Shown: piece by piece, positions 18,448 through 26,255 of the stretch | Position numbering within the stretch: position 1 is the first letter of the stretch | Layout: every line of letters starts with the position of its first letter | Source of the DNA: an uncultured Eubacteriales bacterium | Lineage (GTDB): Bacteria > Bacillota > Clostridia > Peptostreptococcales > Anaerovoracaceae | Length of the DNA stretch: 64,000 nt | Direction: 5' to 3' | Assembly: GCA_902795265.1 (NCBI GenBank) | Contig: CADBKM010000001.1 | Coordinates: forward strand, 28,456-92,455 | Notes under the pieces: generated by a model | What the model was told of the DNA's origin: nothing | The model's database searches: none | What the model saw: only the letters and a program-made list of their open reading frames with translations | Made by a program: the position numbers and the translations under genes

Positions 18448-19578
18448 ATGTTTGACCAGAATATCATGAGCGAGGCCATAGCACTCGCAAAAGAGCATAA
18501 AGAGTATCTTCACAATGTGCCTGAAAGCGCCTTTGAAGAACACAAGACGACCGCATATATAAAAGGGATATGCGGTCGTTATCCCGTAGAAATAATAGAC
18601 ATCGGCATGGAAACCGGTCTGGTGTGTTATCTTGACGCAGGCCGTTCCGAAACCATAGCACTGAGAGCAGATATCGACGCTCTGCCTACAGAGACTGATC
18701 CGCGCCACCTGTGCGGACACGATGCGCATGCGGGCACATTGCTCGGTGCAATGCACTATCTGTGTGCTGAGAAAGACGAGCTGAAGTACAATGTGCTGTT
18801 CATATTCCAGCCTGCCGAGGAGGGTACGCGGGGAGCAAAGGCCGTGATCGATCACGGATTCTTCGATAAGATCCCTCAGCGCCCGAAGTATATTTTCGGC
18901 ATCCACAACCGCCCTGAAATAGACTGCGGAGATGTAGTAGTACACAGGGGGCCGCTGATGTCGGAAAAGAGCATTTTCAGGATCAGGTTCAAGGGTGTTC
19001 CGGGCCACGGCTCGCTTCCTCACGAGTGTGTCGATCCTATAGTCGCAGCTGCGGCGTTTGTTAGCGGACTGCAGACTGTTGTGAGCCGGAATGCTGACCC
19101 GTTCGAGCCGGTGATCTGTACCGTAAACAGTCTTACGGCCGGAGCTCCGGACATACCTGTACCGAGTGACTCCGTGATCACGGGCTATTTCAGATCATAT
19201 GACCACAAAACACACCTGCGCATGCAGGAGAGGGTCATGAAGCTGGCGGAAAGTACCGCTGAGGCCTACGAATGCGGATGCGAGATCAAAGTGACACATG
19301 CCGTGCCGGCTCTTGTAAACTCAGATGAGATGCATGAGCTCGCACTGAAAGCTGTCAGCGCGGCAATCGGTCCTGAACATGCGGTAGACAGCAAGCCATG
19401 CCTGGCGTCAGAAGACTTTGCCGTATGGGGAGAGGAGATACCATCATTCTTTTACTGGGTCGGAAGCGGAACACCCGGAAAGAAATGCGCTCCGTGGCAT
19501 GACCCGGACTTTAATGTAGACCCTCACTATATGGAGACAGCAGTACCTGTATTATGTGCATCCATACTCGCTGTCTGA
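18448..19578 (+). CDS. M20D-family amidohydrolase (aminoacylase/hippurate-hydrolase type)
   Basis: Motifs HLCGHDAH and FQPAEEGTRGA. About 376 aa. Immediately follows ade. Confidence 0.75.
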   Translation: MFDQNIMSEAIALAKEHKEYLHNVPESAFEEHKTTAYIKGICGRYPVEIIDIGMETGLVCYLDAGRSETIALRADIDALPTETDPRHLCGHDAHAGTLLGAMHYLCAEKDELKYNVLFIFQPAEEGTRGAKAVIDHGFFDKIPQRPKYIFGIHNRPEIDCGDVVVHRGPLMSEKSIFRIRFKGVPGHGSLPHECVDPIVAAAAFVSGLQTVVSRNADPFEPVICTVNSLTAGAPDIPVPSDSVITGYFRSYDHKTHLRMQERVMKLAESTAEAYECGCEIKVTHAVPALVNSDEMHELALKAVSAAIGPEHAVDSKPCLASEDFAVWGEEIPSFFYWVGSGTPGKKCAPWHDPDFNVDPHYMETAVPVLCASILAV

Positions 19579-19670
19579 CGGACTCACGGCTTTAAATTTG
19601 CACATTACAGGGCAAATGTGACTTACAATATCGCACAAAACAGATTATAATTACAGAAAATAAGGAGATC

Positions 19671-19700
19671 AGATGGCGCTTCAAAAGGCGTCCATCTTTT
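19671..19700 (+). terminator. Rho-independent terminator
   Basis: AGATGGCGC-ttcaaaa-GGCGtCCATCT followed by TTTT. Confidence 0.65.
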
Positions 19701-19706
19701 CGGAAC

Positions 19707-19730
19707 CGATTGCTTTTTATAAACAAATCG
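19707..19730. promoter_or_regulatory. 24-nt AT-rich inverted repeat, candidate ModE-like operator (copy 1)
   Basis: CGATTGCTTTTTATAAACAAATCG. 23/24 identical to 21205-21228. Ends 13 nt before the regulator ATG. Confidence 0.55.
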
Positions 19731-19742
19731 GGAGGCGGAAGT

Positions 19743-20114
19743 ATGAGTGACTTAGCTATTCATCCGGATATCAAACTGACCTTTGCAGCGAAGAAGAGGT
19801 TCTTCGGGCCGGGTACAGTTATGCTTCTGAAGGAGATAGAAATAACCGGAAATGTAAGGGAGGCATGCGCAAACTGCGGTTTTTCCTATAGTAAAGGCTG
19901 GACGATAATCAGGAAAAGTGAACAGGTACTCGGGTATAAGATCGTTGAAAGACAGGTTGGAGGCCAGTCGGGAGGCTCCGCAAAAGTAACCGGAAACGGC
20001 AAAGCTCTCATGAAAGCTTATGAAGAGCTATATGACGAACTCAATGGGATCGCTGTTTCAAGGTTTAAAGAACTCAATGAAAAATACAGGCTTTTAGAGG
20101 AATGTGATAGCTGA
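19743..20114 (+). CDS. ModE N-terminal-domain-like winged-helix regulator (no Mop domains)
   Basis: Matches the ModE DNA-binding domain pattern (GFSYSKGW...IVERQVGGQSGGSAKVTGNG). ATG at 19743 follows GGGAGGCGG. The track start at 19710 runs through the operator repeat. Confidence 0.75.
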   Translation: MSDLAIHPDIKLTFAAKKRFFGPGTVMLLKEIEITGNVREACANCGFSYSKGWTIIRKSEQVLGYKIVERQVGGQSGGSAKVTGNGKALMKAYEELYDELNGIAVSRFKELNEKYRLLEECDS

Positions 20115-20134
20115 AAAGGGACTGATAGACTGAT

Positions 20135-21157
20135 ATGAAACTGATTAAGACCGAAGAAGCTGTAGGGCAGGTACTCTGTCACGACATAACTCAGATAATT
20201 AAGGACGTAACAAAGGATGCCGTATTCCGCAAGGGACATATCATAACGGAAGAGGACATTCCCGTCTTGCTGTCCGTGGGTAAGGACCACATATATGTCT
20301 GGGAAAACGATGAGAATATGATGCACGAGAATGAAGCTGCTGAAGTTCTCTGTACGATCTGCAAGGGCACCAATCTGACCCGCGGAGAAGTAAAGGAAGG
20401 CAAAATAGAACTGAGAGCTTCCTGCGACGGCGTACTGAAGATCGACAGGGAAAAGCTCAAAGCAGTGAATTCCTTCGGGCAGATGATGATAGCGACGCGC
20501 CATGGAGATTTTCCGGTCAGAAAGGGAGACAAAGTAGCCGGTACACGCATTATACCTCTTGTCATAGAGAAGGAAAAAATGCAGAAAGTACAGGAAATCT
20601 GCGGAGAGCGTCCGATACTTGATGTGATATCTTACGGATCGCGAAAGGCGGGTATCGTCACCACCGGTAATGAAGTTTACTATGGGCGGATCAAAGATAC
20701 ATTTACGCCTGTTATCGTTAAGAAACTTGAGGAGTTCGATGTTCAGACCGCTGCTCATAAGATCACGAATGACGACAGCGCAAATATTGAGAAATGCATC
20801 AGAGAGCTTATTCAGGAAGGCTGCGATCTCATCCTTTGCACAGGCGGAATGAGTGTGGACCCTGATGATAAAACTCCTCTGGCGATTCGCAATGTGTGCG
20901 GGAGCGCTGTGACATACGGAGCACCTGTACTGCCTGGAGCAATGTTCATGCTTGCATATTACGGAGACACAAATATCCCTGTAATGGGGCTCCCGGGATG
21001 TGTGATGTATGCAAAGAGAACGATCTTTGACCTGGTTCTTCCAAGGATCATGACCGGAGAAAAGCTGTGTAAAGAAGACTTCGACAGACTCGGAGAAGGC
21101 GGCCTTTGCCTCAACTGCGATATATGCACATTCCCGAACTGCGGCTTCGGTAAATAA
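20135..21157 (+). CDS. Molybdopterin-binding (MoeA/MoCF-biosynthesis-like) protein with Cys-rich C-terminal tail
   Basis: MoCF_biosynth-like core (GIVTTGNEV...LILCTGGMSVDPDDKTP). C-terminal CLNCDICTFPNC. Confidence 0.6.
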   Translation: MKLIKTEEAVGQVLCHDITQIIKDVTKDAVFRKGHIITEEDIPVLLSVGKDHIYVWENDENMMHENEAAEVLCTICKGTNLTRGEVKEGKIELRASCDGVLKIDREKLKAVNSFGQMMIATRHGDFPVRKGDKVAGTRIIPLVIEKEKMQKVQEICGERPILDVISYGSRKAGIVTTGNEVYYGRIKDTFTPVIVKKLEEFDVQTAAHKITNDDSANIEKCIRELIQEGCDLILCTGGMSVDPDDKTPLAIRNVCGSAVTYGAPVLPGAMFMLAYYGDTNIPVMGLPGCVMYAKRTIFDLVLPRIMTGEKLCKEDFDRLGEGGLCLNCDICTFPNCGFGK

Positions 21158-21204
21158 CCGTGTTTTATCCGCCCTCTCACTGAAGGGGGCTTATAAAAAC
21201 AACA

Positions 21205-21228
21205 CGATTACTTTTTATAAACAAATCG
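21205..21228. promoter_or_regulatory. 24-nt AT-rich inverted repeat, candidate ModE-like operator (copy 2)
   Basis: CGATTACTTTTTATAAACAAATCG, 22 nt upstream of the modA ATG. Confidence 0.55.
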
Positions 21229-21250
21229 ATATGCCGAAAGGAGTGTAATT

Positions 21251-22108
21251 ATGAAAAAGAAACTGATTGCAGCCCTGATCATGCTTACGATGATTTTTGC
21301 ACTTGCTGCATGCGGAGGCGGAGAGGCAGCTCCTGCAGAAGAGGAAACTTCTGAGCAGGTCACTGTAAACGTATTTGCCGCAGCCTCACTCAGCAATGTA
21401 ATGGGTGAATTCGAAGCGTCATATGAAGAAGCAAATCCGGGAGTGGATATTGTGATCAATGCTGACAGCTCGGGAGCGTTGCTTACTCAGATACAGGAAG
21501 GCGCGCCTTGCGATGTGTTCTTCAGCGCTGCCCAGAAGCAGATGGACGAACTCGAGGGAGCCGGCATGGTTGTTGAAGGCACAAGAACAAACGTCGTTAA
21601 CAACCAGCTTGTAGTTGTTACTCAGCCTGACAGCGAAACAGCAGTTACAGGACTGGCAGACATCGCAAAGGCTAAGAGCATAGCTCTCGCTGATGGAAGT
21701 GTTCCTGTAGGCAAATATACAAGGCAGGCAATGATAAATCTCGGTCTTCTCGCTGAGGTTGAGGACCCTGCTGCCATAACCACTCAGGAAGTATCCGATC
21801 AGCTCGGAGGTGTTGAGATCAGTGAGCAGGGCAACGTCAGCAAGGTTCTGGCAGCTGTAGAAGAGGCATCCTGTGAGGTCGGAACTACGTATCTTTCAGA
21901 TACGATCGGTCATGAGGACAGCATAAAGATACTTGAGACTGTAGGCTATGATGTTACAGGAAACATTATCTATCCGGTTGCTCAGATCACAAATCAGGAC
22001 GCTGATGATGCTGAGTCTGCAGCAGCGGCAGATTTTATCGCTTACATAACAAATGATGAAGCAAAGGCTCTGTATCAGCAGTATGGATTTGACACTGATG
22101 TAGAGTAG
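21251..22108 (+). CDS. modA: Molybdate ABC transporter substrate-binding lipoprotein
   Basis: Lipobox LAAC. ModA-like core (VFAAASL...ADSSGAL..QI..GAPCDVFFSA). Confidence 0.8.
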   Translation: MKKKLIAALIMLTMIFALAACGGGEAAPAEEETSEQVTVNVFAAASLSNVMGEFEASYEEANPGVDIVINADSSGALLTQIQEGAPCDVFFSAAQKQMDELEGAGMVVEGTRTNVVNNQLVVVTQPDSETAVTGLADIAKAKSIALADGSVPVGKYTRQAMINLGLLAEVEDPAAITTQEVSDQLGGVEISEQGNVSKVLAAVEEASCEVGTTYLSDTIGHEDSIKILETVGYDVTGNIIYPVAQITNQDADDAESAAAADFIAYITNDEAKALYQQYGFDTDVE

Positions 22109-22116
22109 CAGCGGAG

Positions 22117-22833
22117 ATGCATAATTCCATGAGTGCTTTCATAGATCTGGCACAAAAACTTGACTGGAGCCCGTTATGGATATCTCTTAAGACCGGGCTT
22201 GTAGCGACGGTAATATCGTTCTTCCTCGGCCTTTGGGCCGCCAGAAAAGTCATAAAGAAGGATGTAAGGGCAAAGTCGGTAATTGACGGCATACTGACTC
22301 TCCCCATGGTGCTTCCGCCGACAGTAGCGGGCTTCTTTCTGCTGCTGATATTCAGCAGACGAAGACCGTTTGGCATATTCCTTAACGACAACTTCAACAT
22401 TCAGGTGGTACACACATGGCTCGGATGCATACTTGCTGCCACGGTGATAGCTTTTCCGCTGATGTACAGGAACGCCAGGGCGGCATTCGAGCAGATAGAC
22501 GCAAATCTCGTTTATGCCGGAAGGACCCTTGGCATGTCTGAGCTTGCCATATTCTGGCGTATTGTGGTGCCGACTGCCGGCCCGGGCATTGCAAGCGGCA
22601 CCATTCTGACCTTTGCGCGTGCAATGGGAGAGTACGGCGCTACGTCGATGCTGGCCGGCAACATTCCGGGCAAAACAGGAACGGTCTCACAGCGCATTGC
22701 CATGGTAATACAGGATGGCGATTATGCTGCAGCTGGGTTCTGGGTAGTTATTGTGCTGCTGATCGCATTTGCTGCAGTGTTCGCGATAAACATGATCACC
22801 GGGAAGCATATGAAGAACGTGAGAAAGTGGTAA
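22117..22833 (+). CDS. modB: Molybdate ABC transporter permease
   Basis: Five to six TM segments and an EAA-like loop (ARTLGMSELAIFWRIVVP). Confidence 0.85.
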   Translation: MHNSMSAFIDLAQKLDWSPLWISLKTGLVATVISFFLGLWAARKVIKKDVRAKSVIDGILTLPMVLPPTVAGFFLLLIFSRRRPFGIFLNDNFNIQVVHTWLGCILAATVIAFPLMYRNARAAFEQIDANLVYAGRTLGMSELAIFWRIVVPTAGPGIASGTILTFARAMGEYGATSMLAGNIPGKTGTVSQRIAMVIQDGDYAAAGFWVVIVLLIAFAAVFAINMITGKHMKNVRKW

Positions 22834-22837
22834 AGGC

Positions 22838-23884
22838 ATGAGACTGAGCGCGGATATACACAAAAGAATAGGCAGCTTTGAACTCAACGTTCAGATAAAA
22901 AGTGATGCTTCAAGGATAGGCATTCTTGGCGCGTCCGGAAGCGGCAAGAGCATGACTCTCAGGAGCATTGCAGGTATAGAAGATATCGACTCAGGCCGCA
23001 TCGAAGCCGGTGGAAAGCTGCTCTATGATTCAGCGTCAGGGATCAGCCTCAGACCGCAGAAGCGCAGAGTCGGATATATGTTTCAGAACTACGCACTCTT
23101 TCCGACTATGACCGTGATGCAGAATGTAATGGCAGGCCTGAAGGGAAGCAGAGAAGAAAACCGTGAAAAAGCTTCAGTAATGTTATCTAGATTCGGGCTT
23201 GACAGTTATGAAAGCAGACTTCCGGGAGAACTGTCAGGCGGACAGCAGCAAAGAGTTGCACTGGCGCGTATAATGATAACAGAACCTGAGATCATTCTTC
23301 TCGATGAGCCGTTTTCAGCACTTGACGGATATCTCAGAGACCGCATGCAGATGGAGATGCTCGAGATGCTTGAAGATTATACCGGTCAGGTGGTGATGGT
23401 GTCTCACAGCAGAGATGAGCTGTACAGATTCAGTGAAGAACTCTTCGTGCTCTCAGCCGGCATGATCATTGCGCATGGGAAAACCCGCGAACTGTTCAGA
23501 GATCCGCAGATCGCAGAGGCTGCAAGGCTTACCGGGTGTAAGAATATTTCTGCGGCCAGAGTCATAGACAGCCAGACTGCGGAAGCCGTAGATTGGGGAA
23601 TCAAGTTCCGTGTTTCAAAGGATATCCCGGCCGGTACAAATTATATCGGTTACAGAGCGCATGCCTTTGAACCGGTATGGGGCGGCATGGAAGCCAATTG
23701 CATTAAGACCGATATTGTCAGAGTGGATGATCTGCCTTTTGAAAAGAACTACTACATACGAACGCTGCCGGGGAAAGACCCTCTGTGCTGGTTTGTGCAG
23801 GGTGAAGAACAGGCCGTTGTTCAGGAGAAAGGTATACCTGATTATTTGAGACTGTCTGAAGACAAGATTCTTTTTCTGAAATGA
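22838..23884 (+). CDS. modC: Molybdate ABC transporter ATP-binding protein
   Basis: Walker A GASGSGKS, signature LSGGQQQR, Walker B ILLDEP, plus a C-terminal regulatory extension. Confidence 0.8.
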   Translation: MRLSADIHKRIGSFELNVQIKSDASRIGILGASGSGKSMTLRSIAGIEDIDSGRIEAGGKLLYDSASGISLRPQKRRVGYMFQNYALFPTMTVMQNVMAGLKGSREENREKASVMLSRFGLDSYESRLPGELSGGQQQRVALARIMITEPEIILLDEPFSALDGYLRDRMQMEMLEMLEDYTGQVVMVSHSRDELYRFSEELFVLSAGMIIAHGKTRELFRDPQIAEAARLTGCKNISAARVIDSQTAEAVDWGIKFRVSKDIPAGTNYIGYRAHAFEPVWGGMEANCIKTDIVRVDDLPFEKNYYIRTLPGKDPLCWFVQGEEQAVVQEKGIPDYLRLSEDKILFLK

Positions 23885-24924
23885 AATTCTACGACATAAT
23901 AAAAAAACTGAATACAGACTGTAAAAACCGTATGCTCACAGTATGCGGCGGCAAGTACTCCGGAGAGAAGCTGATCCTTTCATCGGGTGAGCCTGTCTGG
24001 ATGAGCGATGATGCCGGATTTTTTGCCGGAAGGGCTGACGAGGCTGCAAAAGCAGTGGACGGAAGTCTTACTGAGATAGACGGCGTAAAGGTGTTCAGCG
24101 AGTCGTTGGGCAACGAGCCGGAGCTTGTTATATGCGGAGCGGGGCATGTGTCGATGCCGGTCATCACGATCGCAAAGATGACAGGGTTCCGCGTTACAGC
24201 TATAGATGACAGGGAACGGTTTGTAAACGATGCTCTGAGTCATGGTGCTGACAGAGGGCTCTGCATGGGATTCGAAGAAGCGCTGTCGCAGATACCGGGC
24301 AGCCCGGATGCTTACTTCGTTATCGTGACCAGAGGCCATCTGAGCGATTCCGAGTGCCTGCTCAGCATAGTAAAAAAGTCTCATGCTTATATAGGCATGA
24401 TAGGAAGCCGGCGCAAGATCGGAATGGTAAAAGAGCTTCTGACTGAGGCAGGTGTACCTCAGGATGTGATCGATTCAGTGCATATGCCGATCGGTCTGCC
24501 GATAGGGGCAGAAACACCGGAAGAGATCGCTGTCTCCATCATGGCCGAGATAATAGAAGTCAAAAGGAAAAGCAAGAGAAGCACCGGAATACCGGCCGAT
24601 ATCATGGAAGCTCTGACCGCTGAAGGCAGAAGCCCGGCTGTGCTCGCTACAATAATATCGAAGCAGGGCTCATCGCCGAGGGCTGCAGGCACACGCATGC
24701 TTGCAGAAGAGGGCGGACGCATCACCGGTACCATCGGGGGCGGCTGTGCCGAAGCGACGGTCATCAGCTATGCAAGTGAGATCCTCAGAGAAATCAGTGA
24801 TAAAGACATAAAAAACGAGGCCGTAAGCCCCGTTATAATGCATGTCGATATGACAGGTAAAGATATTGCCGAATCCGGCATGATATGCGGCGGAGTCATC
24901 GAAGTGATGCTCGAGGTAGTCTGA
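23881..24924 (+). CDS. XdhC/CoxI-family molybdenum-hydroxylase maturation factor (atypical domain order)
   Basis: Rossmann segment LVICGAGHVSMPV...TAIDDR and the AETPEEIAVSIMAEI motif. A full XdhC_CoxI-like segment (VLATIISKQGSSPR...GTIGGGCAE...ICGGVIEV) lies at the C-terminus. Confidence 0.75.
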   Translation: MKFYDIIKKLNTDCKNRMLTVCGGKYSGEKLILSSGEPVWMSDDAGFFAGRADEAAKAVDGSLTEIDGVKVFSESLGNEPELVICGAGHVSMPVITIAKMTGFRVTAIDDRERFVNDALSHGADRGLCMGFEEALSQIPGSPDAYFVIVTRGHLSDSECLLSIVKKSHAYIGMIGSRRKIGMVKELLTEAGVPQDVIDSVHMPIGLPIGAETPEEIAVSIMAEIIEVKRKSKRSTGIPADIMEALTAEGRSPAVLATIISKQGSSPRAAGTRMLAEEGGRITGTIGGGCAEATVISYASEILREISDKDIKNEAVSPVIMHVDMTGKDIAESGMICGGVIEVMLEVV

Positions 24925-26154
24925 TCACAGGCTGTCTATGTCTTTCACCTCGTCTTCGCTGTCAGCTTCGACGAGAAGCAGATCGCTCTTGTGAGCGGAG
25001 ATTATCTGGCGGCCGCCTGTATCGCCTGACAGCTGCATGAGTTCACCTGTATACCGTGCCGAGAATATTTTGGGATTGCGCATCTTACCTTGCCACGCAA
25101 GGGATACGATGCCGGCAGTCCCTTTTTTGTATGCATCTATAAGCTTCTGTATAGCTGAAGCTGTGATCCCCGGCTGGTCGCAGACACAGAATATGAATGC
25201 ATCAGCGTCGCCGGCAGCTTCTATGCCGAGCTGCATGCTGTGCGAGATACCGAGCTCAGGCTCATCGTTGAAAACGATGTCGAAATCAGGTGCCATAGCT
25301 GCGACTTCTTCATACTGTGTCACTATTATCTTCCTGTATACATCAAGAGAACGGACGACATCGATGACCGGTGCTGCCATCGGGCGGCCGTCATCCATGA
25401 TGTGGAGCAGCTTGTTGCTGCCGAATCTTTTGCTGTTACCGGCAGCCTCGAGTATGACTGCGATACGTGGCTCAGATGATCTGAGCGATCCCCAGGCGCT
25501 CTGTATACCCATGACGGCGAATATCTGCTGCAGCCTGTACGCAGCAGCAAGCCTGTCAAGGTCGTCATCGACCTGATTCAGGAATACGCGGAAATCTCCG
25601 CGGACTCCTTTCTGTCCACCGTCTCGCGAAGAGATGATTCTGTGCAAAAAGTTGACATCTACGGTCTCGCGCTGAAGTCTTTCAGGTATCTCACCGGCTC
25701 TGAACACGACGTCGGCGGTATTGTGTCCGAGCGCTGAAAGCCCGGCTACGCAGACCGTAATGTCTGTACAGTCCGGCACAACAGGTTCCCATTCTGCAGG
25801 CCATTTGAGCGGCATGCGGCGCGAACCGTCAGCTTCGATCAGAACAACGTCTGCTGTCTCGCGTAGCTGTTCTATTACCTCAGGCATCGGAGCTTTGACC
25901 TTGCCTTTGTGATCAGGGTCGTCTTCCGCTGCAAAGATTATGTTTTCGCTGATGCATGCAGCAGGGCGGTGCATATGAGTAGTCGTGGTGACCGCCACCT
26001 TTTTGCCGGCTTCCGCGAGCTCATGCGCCCATGCAAAGATAAGGGAGGTCTTGCCTCCGGCGCCGGTTATGCTGATAACGGCGTGTGCAGGTATGTCGAG
26101 CTGCAGCGCTTCCGTGATAGTGTTCTGTTTTCCTCTGAAGTTCCATAGTTCCAT
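24925..26154 (-). CDS. Fusion protein: YqeC-like selenium-dependent hydroxylase accessory domain plus MocA/YgfJ-like molybdenum cofactor nucleotidyltransferase domain
   Basis: N-terminal P-loop ITGAGGKTS...VAVTTTTHM (YqeC-like). C-terminal IAVILEAAGNSKRFGSNKLL...CVCDQP (MobA/MocA-like). ATG at 26154; a TTG at 26160 is the track start. Confidence 0.7.
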   Translation of the reverse strand: MELWNFRGKQNTITEALQLDIPAHAVISITGAGGKTSLIFAWAHELAEAGKKVAVTTTTHMHRPAACISENIIFAAEDDPDHKGKVKAPMPEVIEQLRETADVVLIEADGSRRMPLKWPAEWEPVVPDCTDITVCVAGLSALGHNTADVVFRAGEIPERLQRETVDVNFLHRIISSRDGGQKGVRGDFRVFLNQVDDDLDRLAAAYRLQQIFAVMGIQSAWGSLRSSEPRIAVILEAAGNSKRFGSNKLLHIMDDGRPMAAPVIDVVRSLDVYRKIIVTQYEEVAAMAPDFDIVFNDEPELGISHSMQLGIEAAGDADAFIFCVCDQPGITASAIQKLIDAYKKGTAGIVSLAWQGKMRNPKIFSARYTGELMQLSGDTGGRQIISAHKSDLLLVEADSEDEVKDIDSL

Positions 26155-26255
26155 AGTCAATATTTTACAATGATATTTTTTTTTAACAATACTAATTTGG
26201 ACCGTGAAGTACTATAATAATCTCATAACCTATAAATAAGTAAGGAGGGCTCAAA

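Noticed and set aside
19710-19742. Upstream start of the ModE-like ORF (MLFINKSGGGS...).
   Set aside because: It would be translated from inside the 24-nt operator repeat. ATG at 19743 has a GGGAGGCGG RBS and matches the ModE domain start.
19579-21250. Looked for a Moco (molybdenum cofactor) riboswitch upstream of the ModE-like, MoeA-like and modA genes.
   Set aside because: The gaps are short (about 160 and 90 nt) and are occupied by a terminator and the 24-nt repeats. I could not recognise the conserved Moco motif core. Only an Infernal search could fully exclude it.
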